Assembly: GCA_963804165.1 (NCBI GenBank)
Contig: CAWDPO010000035.1
Span: 1-64,000 of the forward strand
Length of the DNA stretch: 64,000 bases
Direction of reading: 5' to 3'
Origin: an uncultured delta proteobacterium
Lineage (GTDB): Bacteria; Desulfobacterota; Binatia; UBA9968
Part shown: piece by piece, positions 41,737 through 52,814 of the stretch
Position numbering within the stretch: the stretch's first letter is position 1
Layout of the letters: every line of letters starts with the position of its first letter
The notes under the pieces: generated by a model
What the model saw: the letters and a program-made list of their open reading frames with translations, nothing else
Databases searched by the model: none
What the model was told of the DNA's origin: nothing
Position numbers and translations under genes: made by a program

Positions 41737-42744
41737 TTACAATTTGTCTCCCCACAATTTTTTTAGAAAACCGCTGTCGCGCATTTCATTGGTGAATCGC
41801 GGATCATAGAACTCCTCGGTTTTCACCGATGTCGTCTGCGGCATCGATTTGCCGATGAGCGCGAGGATGAGCTCGATCCCTTTGGGATCGACTTGGAGGG
41901 TTCGTTCCATGGCCGCCCCCTCAGATTCGATTGCATGAGTCACCACGTCGCGGTCATCGACTTTAGTATATTTGGTGACGATCTGAGCGGTGCCCTCTCT
42001 GTTCGTTAGATAATAGTGCACGGCTTCGGCGTACGCGCGCATGAACTTATGCAGGTCGGCTTGCTTGCGCTCCACGGTGTTGCGCGCGGAGAGCAGAACC
42101 GTCGCGGCAAAGGGAATCTTCATCGCCGTGATATCGAGGATCACCTTGTACCCCAGTCGCTGCGCGAAAAGGTCGTGCGGCGTGCTCGTGGTCAGCGCGT
42201 CGATGGTTCCCGCTTTGAGCGCGGGAATTCCCTGGCCGATAGTTCCCAGCTGAATGTATTGAAGATCTTTGAGCGGATCCATTTGGAATCGGCCAAGGGC
42301 GGCTTGAGTGAACATGTCAGGATTCGAACCGACTCGATCGATGCCGAGCCTTTTTCCTTTTAGATCCTGGACACTGACGATTTCCTTTCGGCCAACGATC
42401 GCGCCGGTCATACGGTTTTTGCTCTGGCCGATCATGATCAAATTCTTTGCCCCGCCAGAGATCGCCCTCGTCGGGGCGAACCCGCCGATGATCCCGACAT
42501 CGACATCGCCGGATAGAATGGATGTCGTTCCCAGCGGACCGGAGGCGATAAATACGAGCCTTACGTCCAGGCCTTGTTTCTTGAAAAATCCGGCCTCCTT
42601 GGCGATCCACATGGGCGCCATCGAGACCACCGGAGCAGTGTAGAATGCCGTCAGCGGAGATAGCTGCGCCGCCGCTTCTTTGACGGGACCGATAAATGTT
42701 GGAAGAAGAATACCGATCAACGCCGCGAGCTTGGGAAAAGCCAT
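41737..42744 (-). CDS. ABC substrate-binding protein, SsuA/NMT1 family
   Basis: MWIAKEAGFFKKQGLDV and DLKGKRLG motifs; AAGGAGG RBS. Confidence 0.85.
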   Translation of the reverse strand: MAFPKLAALIGILLPTFIGPVKEAAAQLSPLTAFYTAPVVSMAPMWIAKEAGFFKKQGLDVRLVFIASGPLGTTSILSGDVDVGIIGGFAPTRAISGGAKNLIMIGQSKNRMTGAIVGRKEIVSVQDLKGKRLGIDRVGSNPDMFTQAALGRFQMDPLKDLQYIQLGTIGQGIPALKAGTIDALTTSTPHDLFAQRLGYKVILDITAMKIPFAATVLLSARNTVERKQADLHKFMRAYAEAVHYYLTNREGTAQIVTKYTKVDDRDVVTHAIESEGAAMERTLQVDPKGIELILALIGKSMPQTTSVKTEEFYDPRFTNEMRDSGFLKKLWGDKL

Positions 42745-42998
42745 GGTCGTGTGCCTCCTTTTGGGGCCTGAGGTGGTGTCGGCTAGACGGGCCGGCAGGC
42801 AACCGCGGGCTGGTTAATACGACGCCTCGCCCCGAATACCTCAACCTAGGGACGATGTCCAGATATCAATTGGCCGAGCTGCGCCGCGCTGATTCGCGGG
42901 TCTATGTTGACATCGTCGTTAGTGATCAACTACGTTTGGCCGCAACAGCAGAACAGTGGGCATGACAGTTGACGGTGGATCGAAAACCGAAAGAATCT

Positions 42999-43952
42999 AT
43001 GAGTGAAAGCAGAACCGGTAGCTGGCGTATAGACCTGCACCACCACGTGGTGCCGCCGGAGTTTGCCGACGACTCCATGCCGATCAAGCTGCCGGACACC
43101 GAAGAGCAACTCCGCTCGATGGAGCAGTGGCATATTCGCGCGGCAATTACTTCTCTCACGCCGCGCGTGCTTTTGAAAAATCTTCACCGCCTGCGCGAAG
43201 TGGCGCGTGCCTGCAACGAATTTCAGGCACAACGGGTGCGCGACAATAGAGCGCGCTTCGGCTCTTTCGCTCTACTGCCGCTCCCCGACGTTGACGGCGC
43301 TTTGGAGGAAATGTCCTATGCGCTCGACGTTTTGCGCCTCGACGGGATCGGACTTTTTTCTAGCGTCAACGACCACTATCTGGGCGATTCGCGCTTCGAT
43401 CCGGTTTTCGACGAGCTCAACCGGCGCGGCGCGGTGGTGTTCATTCATCCAACCCACTGCGAAGCGCCGGAGCATGCGCGCTTGGACGCGCCGCCTTTCG
43501 TCGTCGAATATGTCATGGACACCACTCGCGCTATCGTCAACCTCATTTATTCCGGCACGATTAAACGCTGCCCGAATATCCGCCTCATCGTTGCTCACGG
43601 AGGCGGCGCCGTACCGTTTCTGGCACAAAGAATCGCGATGATGCAGGGGCATCGCGGGGCCAAAGGTATCACCGATGTAATCCCGAGCTTGCGCTCGTTG
43701 TATTACGAGATCGCCAGCACGACTTCGGCGTTCGCGCTCCGTTCTTTGCAGGAGCTTGCCGATCCGACGCATATACTCTGGGGATCTGACTTGCCTTTCG
43801 TTTACGGTACGCGGCTCCAGGAGGAGATCGATCATTGGCAACATTATGATGGTTTCGATGCCGCCGGCCGAGCCGCGATTGAGCAGGTCAATGCGCTCAG
43901 TCTTTTTCCGCGTTTGGCGCCGGCGCCGAGCGGGCCGGGCGCTCGGCCCTAA
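42999..43952 (+). CDS. Amidohydrolase_2 family protein (aromatic acid decarboxylase-like)
   Basis: IDLHHH, FIHPT, AHGGG and WGSDLPF motifs. Confidence 0.88.
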   Translation: MSESRTGSWRIDLHHHVVPPEFADDSMPIKLPDTEEQLRSMEQWHIRAAITSLTPRVLLKNLHRLREVARACNEFQAQRVRDNRARFGSFALLPLPDVDGALEEMSYALDVLRLDGIGLFSSVNDHYLGDSRFDPVFDELNRRGAVVFIHPTHCEAPEHARLDAPPFVVEYVMDTTRAIVNLIYSGTIKRCPNIRLIVAHGGGAVPFLAQRIAMMQGHRGAKGITDVIPSLRSLYYEIASTTSAFALRSLQELADPTHILWGSDLPFVYGTRLQEEIDHWQHYDGFDAAGRAAIEQVNALSLFPRLAPAPSGPGARP

Positions 43953-43975
43953 GCTATTCTTACGAGGAGGAAACT

Positions 43976-44965
43976 ATGAACATGAGCAAACAACGGCGGA
44001 TGCTGTTCGGTCTGATCATATTTTCCGTGACGTTCGCGGGTTTCGCGCGCGCCGTGTGGAGCGGCGAAGCAAACCGCTTTCTTGTCAGCTACGGCGGCAC
44101 CGCCGGTTACCAACTTCCGCTTTGGGTGAATAAAGAATTGGGCTTCAGCAAAAAGCACGGCGTCGATCTGGAGATTATTTTGATACAAGCCGGCTCGCCG
44201 AACATCCAAGCTCTGGTCGGCGGCAGCCTTCAGTTGACTCAAACGGCGGCCTCTTCGGCGGTGATCGGCGCGACCCAGGGGGCGCCGGTGGTGATCGTGG
44301 CGACCCTGGAAAACAAGCTGCCGATGCTGCTCGTCTCCCGTCCTGAGATCAAAGAGCCGCAGCAACTGCGCGGCAAGGTCATCGGTATCAACCGTTTCGG
44401 CGGCTCCAACGACGCGGCGGTGCTGATGGCGGTGAAGGCGTGGAAAATGCAGCCGAGCGACATCAAAATGCTGCAAACCGGCGGAACCTCTGCGCGCATG
44501 GCGGCGCTGATGACCAAGAAGGTCGATGCGACCGTGCAGTCCTATCCCGAGATCTACCAGGCACGCAAGCTCGGCATGAACGTTTTGGCCGACATCGGCG
44601 ACTTTGGCTTTTTCACCAACACTTCGAACATCGTCACACGCTCCTACCTTCAACAGAATCGAGCCGCCATCAAAGGATTCATAAAAGGACAAATCGAAGG
44701 CATCCATTATGTGAAGACGAACAAAGAAGGCAGCCTAAAGATTCTCCGCAAGTATCTACAGATCACCGATCCCGAAGCCGTCGAAGGAACTCATAAGTTC
44801 TTCGCCGACCGGTTGAGTAGAGCGCCGCGCACGGAATTGGAAGGAATCAGGAATATCCTGACTTCGATCGACGCGGGGCAGAAAAATCCGGCGGAATTTA
44901 TCGACATGAGCATGATCGACGAAATCGAAAAAGAAGGCTTCGTGCAGAAGTTGTATGGGAACTGA
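43976..44965 (+). CDS. ABC substrate-binding protein, SsuA/NMT1 family
   Basis: GAGGAGG RBS; signal peptide; KKHGVDLE and LRGKVIGI motifs. Confidence 0.85.
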   Translation: MNMSKQRRMLFGLIIFSVTFAGFARAVWSGEANRFLVSYGGTAGYQLPLWVNKELGFSKKHGVDLEIILIQAGSPNIQALVGGSLQLTQTAASSAVIGATQGAPVVIVATLENKLPMLLVSRPEIKEPQQLRGKVIGINRFGGSNDAAVLMAVKAWKMQPSDIKMLQTGGTSARMAALMTKKVDATVQSYPEIYQARKLGMNVLADIGDFGFFTNTSNIVTRSYLQQNRAAIKGFIKGQIEGIHYVKTNKEGSLKILRKYLQITDPEAVEGTHKFFADRLSRAPRTELEGIRNILTSIDAGQKNPAEFIDMSMIDEIEKEGFVQKLYGN

Positions 44966-45085
44966 AGGAATGGGGAATTGGAGTGATGGAGTGCTGGAGT
45001 GATGGGTTCGGAAATCTCGTTTCTTCGACAATACTCCAGTACTCCAATACTCCATCACTCCAATTCAGTGAGAGGAGAGCCGTGG

Positions 45086-46074
45086 ATGGCAGCGAAAATC
45101 AGATTGTCGGTGGCGATCGGCGATTACGAAATCATTCGCGCTTTGAAAGAGGGCGCCGTCGAAGCCGACGGCCTCGAGCTCGTCGTTTTGACCGGTCACG
45201 GACCGCGCGAGCGGCACTGGCGCATGGCGCGCAATCAGGAGTTCGACGTCTGCGAGTTCAACGTCGGCGGATATTTGATGTCGCGCGACCACGGCGATCC
45301 GCTGGCGGCGATTCCGGTGTTTTTGCACCGCCGCTTCCGTCATGGCTTCGCCTTCGTGAACGTCAATGCCGGCATCAAAACGCCGAAGGATTTGATCGGC
45401 AAACGGGTCGGCGGTACCAACTTTCAGCCGGCGGGAAATATCTGGCTGCGCGGCATTTTCGAAGCAGCATTACGGCGTGCCGCACAAAGAGATCACCTGG
45501 GTCGTCGACCGCAGTGAGGATGTGCCGTTTGATCCCCCGCCGGGTTTGAAGATCGAGATGATTCCCGCAGGCAAGTCGATGGACAGCATGCTCGCCGAGG
45601 GCGAGATCCCGGCGATGATCAATCCCTACATTCCCGAGCCGATAGTCAACGGCGACAAGCGGGTCGCGCGCTTGTTTCCAGACTACAAAACAGTTGAGCG
45701 CGAGTATTTTCAACAAACCGGCATCTTTCCGATCATGCATGTGACGGTGATCAAGCAGGAGATCGTCGATAAATATCCATGGGCGCCGGTCAGTCTGGTC
45801 AAGGCGTTTGAGAAGGCAAAGAATATGGCCTACAAGCGCGCTCGCCAATCCGAGAATCACGCCGCTCGCATGGGTCCGAACCGAGTATGAAGAAGAGCGA
45901 AAAATTCTCGGTCCCGATCCGTGGGCCTATGGGCTGGGGGAATCGAATCGAAAAAATCTCGAAACCGCTATTCGCTACTGTCACCAACAAGGATTGACCA
46001 AAAAAGCCATGTCCATCGAAGAGTTATTCATCGATACCGATCCTGAAGACGGCGGCGACGTCGATCATGTGTGA
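45086..46074 (+). CDS. 4,5-dihydroxyphthalate decarboxylase-like (periplasmic-binding fold) protein, frameshifted near 45465 and 45840
   Basis: LSVAIGDY, EFDVCE, IPVFLHRRFRHG, WLRGIF, TGIFPIMH and DPWAYG...N motifs across three frames. Confidence 0.75.
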
Positions 46075-46242
46075 GTATGAACAATCTGGATTGCCTGAGT
46101 GATGTCACTCGGGATGTCGATCAAATTCGCACGAGATCTCCCCTTTGTTAAAGGGAGAGACCAAGAGATGATTTCGCTTTTGCGAACGCTCCGGCAGAGT
46201 TAAGGAAAGCGCGTTAACACAGGAGGAGTGCAATGATTTCCT

Positions 46243-47241
46243 TTGTCACTTAAAAAAGTTGTTTTCATCGCTATTGTGTTCTCATGCGGTTTATCGATGG
46301 GGCATGCCGGCGAAGCACCCCAGAAGCTGCGCGTCGCCTACGCCGCGGTCACAGCGGCGTTTTCGATTCCTTGGATCGCCAAAGAAGCGGGAATATTTCA
46401 GAACCATGGTCTGGACGTGGAGCTTGTCTATATCGCCGCGGGTTCGCGCGCCGTGCAAACCCTGGTCGGCGGCAGCATCGACGTCGCGGCGATCGGCGGC
46501 CCGGCCGGCGTGGACGCGAAGCTTGCGGGAGCGGATACGGTTTACGTCGCCATTCCGGTTAATCGCGTGATCGTCTTTACGGTCGCGCAGCCGCAAATCC
46601 AGCGGGTCGAGGAAATGCGCGGCAAGAGCATCGGTGTTACTCGTGTCGGAACGGTGACGGATTTTTTCACGCGAATATTCCTGCGCCAAAACGGGCTCGT
46701 GCCGGATAAAGACGTCATGATCCGGCAGATGGGCGGCTTGCCCGAGACCGTGGCCGGGCTCAAGGCGGGGCTGATCGAGGGCGGCACGTTCGGTTTTCCC
46801 GCCGTGCTACACGCTCAAGCCGCCGGTTTCCGCGTCTTGGTCGATTACAACAAGGCTGGCTACCGCTATCCGCTTTCTACCGTAATCGTAACGCAAAAAT
46901 TGCTACGGAGCCGGGAATCTGCCGTCCGCAAATTTCTCGAGTCTCACATCGAGGCGGTCCATCGATTCAAGACCGATCCCGACTTCACGATGAAGGTCAT
47001 CGGAAAATATACCAATACGACCGACCGCGGGATGCTCGAGGAAACGCAGCGCGTCTATGCCGACGCATTCGAGAGGGTTCCGTATCCCAACGTGGAAGAC
47101 ATGAAGCTCGGCATCACACAGGTCAGCGAAACCAACCCGCGCGCCAAGGGCGCCGACCCCAAGGAGTTTGTCGATCCGCGCCTGCTGAAAGAGATCGAGG
47201 CAAGCGGCTTTGTAAAGAAGCTTTATGGCGATGGGAAGTGA
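46243..47241 (+). CDS. ABC substrate-binding protein, SsuA/NMT1 family
   Basis: PWIAKEAGIFQNHGLDVE and MRGKSIGVTR motifs. Confidence 0.85.
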   Translation: MSLKKVVFIAIVFSCGLSMGHAGEAPQKLRVAYAAVTAAFSIPWIAKEAGIFQNHGLDVELVYIAAGSRAVQTLVGGSIDVAAIGGPAGVDAKLAGADTVYVAIPVNRVIVFTVAQPQIQRVEEMRGKSIGVTRVGTVTDFFTRIFLRQNGLVPDKDVMIRQMGGLPETVAGLKAGLIEGGTFGFPAVLHAQAAGFRVLVDYNKAGYRYPLSTVIVTQKLLRSRESAVRKFLESHIEAVHRFKTDPDFTMKVIGKYTNTTDRGMLEETQRVYADAFERVPYPNVEDMKLGITQVSETNPRAKGADPKEFVDPRLLKEIEASGFVKKLYGDGK

Positions 47242-47333
47242 AGGATTGGAGTGATGGAGTACTGGAATGCTGGAGTAGTGGGGTTTGGCCCATCACTCCT
47301 TTATTCCGACACTCCAGTGCTGCCAATTTTGCC

Positions 47334-48483
47334 GTGCTTATTAACATCGTCGGCGCCGGTCCGGCCGGTTTGTTGTTCGCGCTGCTGATCAAGCGGCGTT
47401 TTCCGCCGTGGCGCGTCCGCGTCTTCGAACAAAATCCGCCCGACGCCACTTTCGGTTTCGGCGTGGTATTTTCCTTGAACGCGCTCGCGTTTCTGGAACG
47501 CGACGTGCCGGATTTCAGGCGCAATTGATCGACCGCGCTGGAATCCTGGCCGATGCAGCGCATCGTTCACCGCGATGAGCGCGTGGACATCGACGGCAAC
47601 GGGTTTTCGGCCATCGGCCGGCTGGAGCTCAATCAATTTCTCCAGGACCTTTGCGCCGCCGCCGGAGTGGAGATCGAGTATCGCCGGGTCATCGCATCGC
47701 TCGATGAAGTTCAAGACTGCGATCTGCTCGTCGGCGCCGACGGCGCCAACTCGTGTCGTGCGCCGGGCTTTGGAACAGAATTCGAACCGCAATTGGAGTG
47801 GCTCACCAATCGCTTCGCCTGGTACGGCACCCGGCAACTATTCGAGTGCCTCAGCTTGACTTTTCGCGCCAACGAACGACGGGTCGTTTGTCGCGCACCA
47901 TTATCGCCATAGCCGTGCGATGAGCACCTTTGTCGTCGAGTGCGATGAACCGACGTGGCGGCGCGCCGGTCTCGACCGCATGTCGGATGAAGACAGCCGC
48001 GTGTATTGCGAGCGCGTGTTCGCGCCGGATCTTGCCGGCCATTCGCTGGTTTCCAACAAATCGATCTGGCGGCAATTCCCGCTGCTTACAACGCGGCGAT
48101 GGCATGGTGGAAATGTCTTATTGATCGGCGACGCGCTGCGCACGGTGCATTTTTCCATCGGTTCGGGCACACGACTCGCTTTCGAGGACGCCATCGCACT
48201 CGACCGCGCCTTCGCCGAAGCGGGTGACGATGTGCCGGATGCATTAGCCGGGTTCGAGCGGGAACGGCGACCGGTTGTGGAAAAGATCGTCGCCGCGGCT
48301 AACGCCAGCTCTTTCTGGTATGAGCGCCTGAACGAGAAAATGGAACTAGAACCCTGGCAGCTCGCCTACGACTACATGACGCGCAGCGGACGCATGACCG
48401 ACGAGCGGCTGCGCGAGCTGTCGCCGAAATTCATGGCGCGCGTAGAGATGGAGAGAGCGGCGAAGACTCGAGGTGAGAGTTAA
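47334..48483 (+). CDS. FAD-dependent monooxygenase (salicylyl-CoA 5-hydroxylase N-domain-like), several frameshifts at 47515-47920
   Basis: GAGPAGL, FEQNPPDATFGFGVVFS, GADGANS, GDALRTVHFSIGSGTRLAFEDA and YDYMTRSGR motifs. Confidence 0.8.
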
Positions 48484-48620
48484 GAAACGCGAATTCGAAA
48501 TCTTCGGTCGCTTGTCCGATTTCCTCACGGCTCATGACACTCGCTCTTGCCTTTCCGGACAAAGGCCAGCACCATTTTGTCTACTAGCCGAGCGTTTAGA
48601 TCTGAGGCATTATTAAAATC

Positions 48621-49310
48621 ATGTCGCAGGACGAGCTCAACACTCCGACCGGCGTAGAAGAGGTCATTGATCTGGACGATCCGGAGCCGCGCTGGCCCGC
48701 GTTCGTCACGGTTATCGCAGTGGGCGGTCTTTATACCGCATTACCCGATGCGCTTACGATGGGTCCTCGTTGGTTGTTCCCATCCGCGGTTCTGGCTCTG
48801 CTGGTGCCGACCATCGTATCGCATCACGCTGGCAAACATCGAGTGAATGCGATTTTTGGGTTTGCCGTGGACGCGGTTCTCACCATCGGTCTGATTATTT
48901 CGGTCATACTCCTGATCGGCGCGCTACCAGCGCATAAAGAATCGCCTCTGGAACTCCTGCTGTCGGCGGCTTCGCTTTGGGCGACGAATATTCTTGTGTT
49001 TGCTCTGTGGTATTGGCGTCTGGACGCGGGCGGACCGCACCAGCGCGATCGGAGTGGCGGATACCCGGACGGAGCCTTCCTCTTCCCGCAGATGACGATG
49101 AGTAAAGAGGCGCTGAGAACAGCAGGCCAGCAGGACTGGTCGCCGAATTTCGTCGATTATTTGTTTCTGGCCTTTAATGCCAGCACGGCATTTTCGCCGA
49201 CCGACGCGCCGGTGTTGGCGCGCTGGGCAAAAGCCCTGATGATGCTGCAATCACTGCTCTCGCTGCTGATTATCGCGCTGCTGGCGGCGCGCGCGGTCAA
49301 CATTCTATAG
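48621..49310 (+). CDS. DUF1345-like membrane protein
   Basis: Several TM segments; FLFPQ, W.PNFVDYLFLAF and STAFSPTD motifs. Confidence 0.7.
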   Translation: MSQDELNTPTGVEEVIDLDDPEPRWPAFVTVIAVGGLYTALPDALTMGPRWLFPSAVLALLVPTIVSHHAGKHRVNAIFGFAVDAVLTIGLIISVILLIGALPAHKESPLELLLSAASLWATNILVFALWYWRLDAGGPHQRDRSGGYPDGAFLFPQMTMSKEALRTAGQQDWSPNFVDYLFLAFNASTAFSPTDAPVLARWAKALMMLQSLLSLLIIALLAARAVNIL

Positions 49311-49366
49311 CCATCCGTCGCGCAAGCGCTCACGCAAAAGGCAGTCACTGGAGCCGCCTGGCGCGA

Positions 49367-49696
49367 TCATTTTTCAACTTCAAGCCGGTTCACCACGCTT
49401 TGTACGCCGCGAGATTCCCAGGCGATCTTGATCGCCTGTTCGCGCGCTTCGAGAGATTTCACAGTCCCGCTGAGGTAGACCGTGCCGCCGCTGGAGACGA
49501 CTGTCACGCCACCGAGATCCGCTTTTTTGTCGGCTATCAGGCGATCTCGCACGGATTTCGAAAGCGCCTCATCCTGCGGCGTTTCGACAGCCGGAACTCC
49601 GACAGTGATAGAGTCGGTTCGCATCGTTTGACAGGCAAAAACAAATGGTAGAATCAACAACCCAGCGAAGAGTCTGGGTGCGGCGGCGCTTTTCAT
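49367..49696 (-). CDS. BON domain lipoprotein
   Basis: Lipobox VFAC; G.VYLSGTV...A..IA....GV.SVVNRL; AGGAG RBS. Confidence 0.82.
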   Translation of the reverse strand: MKSAAAPRLFAGLLILPFVFACQTMRTDSITVGVPAVETPQDEALSKSVRDRLIADKKADLGGVTVVSSGGTVYLSGTVKSLEAREQAIKIAWESRGVQSVVNRLEVEK

Positions 49697-49734
49697 GGTG
49701 TGCTCCTGCTCACCGGTCGAAAACTCAACATGGC

Positions 49735-50493
49735 TCACTCAAACATGACGCGGCGGGGACGCCAGTTGTGCGCTCGGTGAGCTTTTAGATAATCCTCGCG
49801 AGTGAATATCTTGACCAGCGCCACGCCGGCGATGAAGCCACCGACGTGGGCCCAGAAGGCGACGCCGCCCACGTCACCGCCGACGCTTGCGAGCCCGCTG
49901 ATAAACTGAATGAGGAACCAGTAGCCGAGCATCACCCATGCCGGCATGGAGATCGACGTAAAGATGATAATTAACGGCACAAATGCAAAAACGCGAACTT
50001 TGGGAAAGAGGATCAAATACGCGCCCATGACGCCGCTGATGGCCCCCGAAGCGCCGACCATCGGAATCACGGAATCGGGACTGGCCAGCACCTGGCCCAT
50101 CGCCGCCGCCAGCCCGCACAACAAATAAAAAGCGATGAATCGCAGCCGCCCCATCGAGTCTTCGACGTTGTTGCCGAAGATCCACAAGAACCACATGTTT
50201 CCCAGCAGATGCATCCACGATCCGTGGAGAAACATGGAAGTGAATAAATGCGACACCTGACGGCCGGGATCGGTAAGACAAAGAACCCCTTCTCCCATCG
50301 GAAAGCGGGTGCCCACGGGGAGCGAAAGTGTGAGCTCGCCGGGAATGAGGCCGAGGTTACAAACGGAACCCGCGAGCGGTAAATCGGCGCCGGCGCCTTG
50401 CACGAAGATCCAAACCAGGACATTCAGTGCGATGATTCCCGCCGTGACTATGGCCGTGCGCTGCGTCTCATTCTCGTCGCGGTAGGGAAACAT
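49735..50493 (-). CDS. Rhomboid family intramembrane serine protease
   Basis: FLHGSWMHLLGNM, GASGAISG and AHVGGF motifs. Confidence 0.92.
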   Translation of the reverse strand: MFPYRDENETQRTAIVTAGIIALNVLVWIFVQGAGADLPLAGSVCNLGLIPGELTLSLPVGTRFPMGEGVLCLTDPGRQVSHLFTSMFLHGSWMHLLGNMWFLWIFGNNVEDSMGRLRFIAFYLLCGLAAAMGQVLASPDSVIPMVGASGAISGVMGAYLILFPKVRVFAFVPLIIIFTSISMPAWVMLGYWFLIQFISGLASVGGDVGGVAFWAHVGGFIAGVALVKIFTREDYLKAHRAHNWRPRRVMFE

Positions 50494-50909
50494 GTTGGCT
50501 ATTGGATGTCGCTAGGGTTAGGCATCACTCCAAGCCGAGAACACCACTCATTCTTTACAAGCCAGCGAACCACTTACCAGGGTAACGACGCCGCCGCCAC
50601 GGTTCAAGAGCATTGGCAAAATTTTGGCGATCGGAAGATTTCCCCATTCTCTCACAAAGCTTTTGCCACGACCGTATCAAACTTAAGGCATTTGCCGTTT
50701 TTACAACAATACGAAATCCGTACTGATGGTTTCGCTCGTCGGGCGGGGTTTTTTGGTTGTCACAATGGCGGCCGATTCCGCGCCCTTATGCCCGTGTTTG
50801 CGACTCATCCATTTCTTCTTCTTCATTGCATTAAATCGACCGGTAAAATAGAGTTTTTCGCGAAACGGCGGCACGCGCCTTATCGCGCCGGCAGATTTTT
50901 GAGGACTCT

Positions 50910-51956
50910 ATGATCTTTCGTGAACTCAATCGCAGCAAGTGCAAGACCTATCTTATCGGAAGTGAGATCGAGCATGTGGCTCTCCTAGTGGATCCGGTCC
51001 GCGAGAAGGTCGACCGATATCTCGCGCTGTTGGCTTATCATTCTCTTCGACTGCAGTCCGTCTTGGACACACACACTCATGCCGACCATCGCACCGCGAG
51101 TTTCGATTTAAAGGAGCTTACGGGCGCCAAGGTCATCATGCACCGCAAAGCGCCGGCGCCACACGTCGATACGCACGTGGATGAAGGCGAGGAGATTCTC
51201 GTCGGTGAACTACGACTCAAAGTCCTGCACACACCGGGTCACACGCCAGACGGTATCAGTCTTTTTGCCGGCGACCGGGTGATGACCGGAGACACGTTGC
51301 TCATCCGCGGAACCGGGCGGTGCGATTTCGCAGGCGGCGATGCCGGCGAGCAGTTCGACGCAATAACGCAAAAACTTTTCGCGCTACCGGACGAGACTCT
51401 GGTTTTTCCGGCACACGATTATCGAGGCAATACGCGATCCAACATCGGCGATGAGAAGCGTCTCAATCCGCGGCTTTGCGGTAAAACGCGCGACCAATAC
51501 ATCGACGTGATGAACAACCTAGGGCTGCCTTTGCCGGATAACATCCAAGAGGTTCTGCAACCGAATCAATCGGCCATGGACGATGACCGTCTGCGGTTTC
51601 CATCTCTCGGCGAATTGAATCAAGTCCGGCAGCTCGGCGCCGCGCAGGTCCAACTATTATTGACGGAGACGGCACCGGCGCCGATCATCGTCGATGTCCG
51701 CGAGCCCGAAGAATACAACGGCGAGCTTGGCCATATCCGCTCGAGCATTCTTGTGCCGCTCAAAGATCTCACCGCTCGCGCCGACGAATTGGTCCAGCAC
51801 AAAGACCGGCACGTGATCGTGGTTTGTCGCGCGGGAGTTCGGAGCACGACGGCGGCAGCGATTCTCACCGCTCTGGGTTTCGAGGAAGTTTCCAACCTCA
51901 AGGGCGGGATGCTGGAGTGGAACGACGCCAAGCTTCCAGTGGAGCAGGGGATTTAA
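50910..51956 (+). CDS. MBL-fold persulfide dioxygenase (ETHE1-like)-rhodanese fusion
   Basis: THTHADH, TPGHT, TGDTLLIRGTGRCDF, PAHDY; rhodanese DVREPEE...GHI and CRAGVRS. Confidence 0.88.
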   Translation: MIFRELNRSKCKTYLIGSEIEHVALLVDPVREKVDRYLALLAYHSLRLQSVLDTHTHADHRTASFDLKELTGAKVIMHRKAPAPHVDTHVDEGEEILVGELRLKVLHTPGHTPDGISLFAGDRVMTGDTLLIRGTGRCDFAGGDAGEQFDAITQKLFALPDETLVFPAHDYRGNTRSNIGDEKRLNPRLCGKTRDQYIDVMNNLGLPLPDNIQEVLQPNQSAMDDDRLRFPSLGELNQVRQLGAAQVQLLLTETAPAPIIVDVREPEEYNGELGHIRSSILVPLKDLTARADELVQHKDRHVIVVCRAGVRSTTAAAILTALGFEEVSNLKGGMLEWNDAKLPVEQGI

Positions 51957-52139
51957 CAGTTCCATAATTCACCGATCAAACAGTAACGATTCACGGTCGA
52001 TCTCATCCATAGATGGCTGATACCGCCAACGATAAAGTTATTCCAGCCTGTCCGAGCTAGGTCAAAAGTTGTATTAATTGGCAATATATTGGGCGATATT
52101 GACTCAATAAATAAGGCTATAGTAGTATTCGGGCCATTT

Positions 52140-52814
52140 ATGGGGCCCATCAAAGTCGTTATTGCCGACGATCACACTTTATTCCGTGAGGGCCTTAAAC
52201 GCGTGCTCTCCCTGGAGACGGAAATCCTCGTGGTGGGGGAGGCCTCAAACACCACCGAAGCGGTCCAGGTGGTCACGCGAATGCACCCCGATATTCTTTT
52301 GCTGGATCTCAAGATGCCGAGTGGCGATACCGATGAATCGCTGCGGCGGGTTGCCGAGTGCAGTCCGACAACCAAAGTGATTATTCTTACCGCACATTGC
52401 GAAGCAGAAAATCTTCTCAGCACGGCGCGAGCCCACGCACGCGGTTACGTCCTCAAAGGGGTTTCGGTGCCGACTCTCGTCGACGCGATAAAAAAAGTGA
52501 ACGCGGGAGCGATTTGGGTCGATCGAGAGCTGACGGCCGGGGATGATTTCGAGCGGATAGCGCGCAGCCTGCCGTTCGAGGTCGGCCCGCCGGCCAACGA
52601 GACTATAAACAGCTTGACGAAACGAGAATTGGAGATTCTGCAGTTGGTGGCGGAGGGGTTGTCGAATGAAGAGATCGGGAAAAAAGTCTTTATCAGCACC
52701 AAAACCGTCAAGACTCACCTCACCAATATCTTCGACAAACTGGAAGTTAACAATCGCTTCAAAGCCGCACTTTGTGTCATGCCCAATCCGTTGAAACGTA
52801 TCGCGCCACGATAA
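52140..52814 (+). CDS. NarL/FixJ family response regulator
   Basis: ADDH and LLDLKMP receiver motifs; LuxR HTH LTKRELEILQLVAEGLSNEEIG..TVKTH. Confidence 0.9.
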   Translation: MGPIKVVIADDHTLFREGLKRVLSLETEILVVGEASNTTEAVQVVTRMHPDILLLDLKMPSGDTDESLRRVAECSPTTKVIILTAHCEAENLLSTARAHARGYVLKGVSVPTLVDAIKKVNAGAIWVDRELTAGDDFERIARSLPFEVGPPANETINSLTKRELEILQLVAEGLSNEEIGKKVFISTKTVKTHLTNIFDKLEVNNRFKAALCVMPNPLKRIAPR

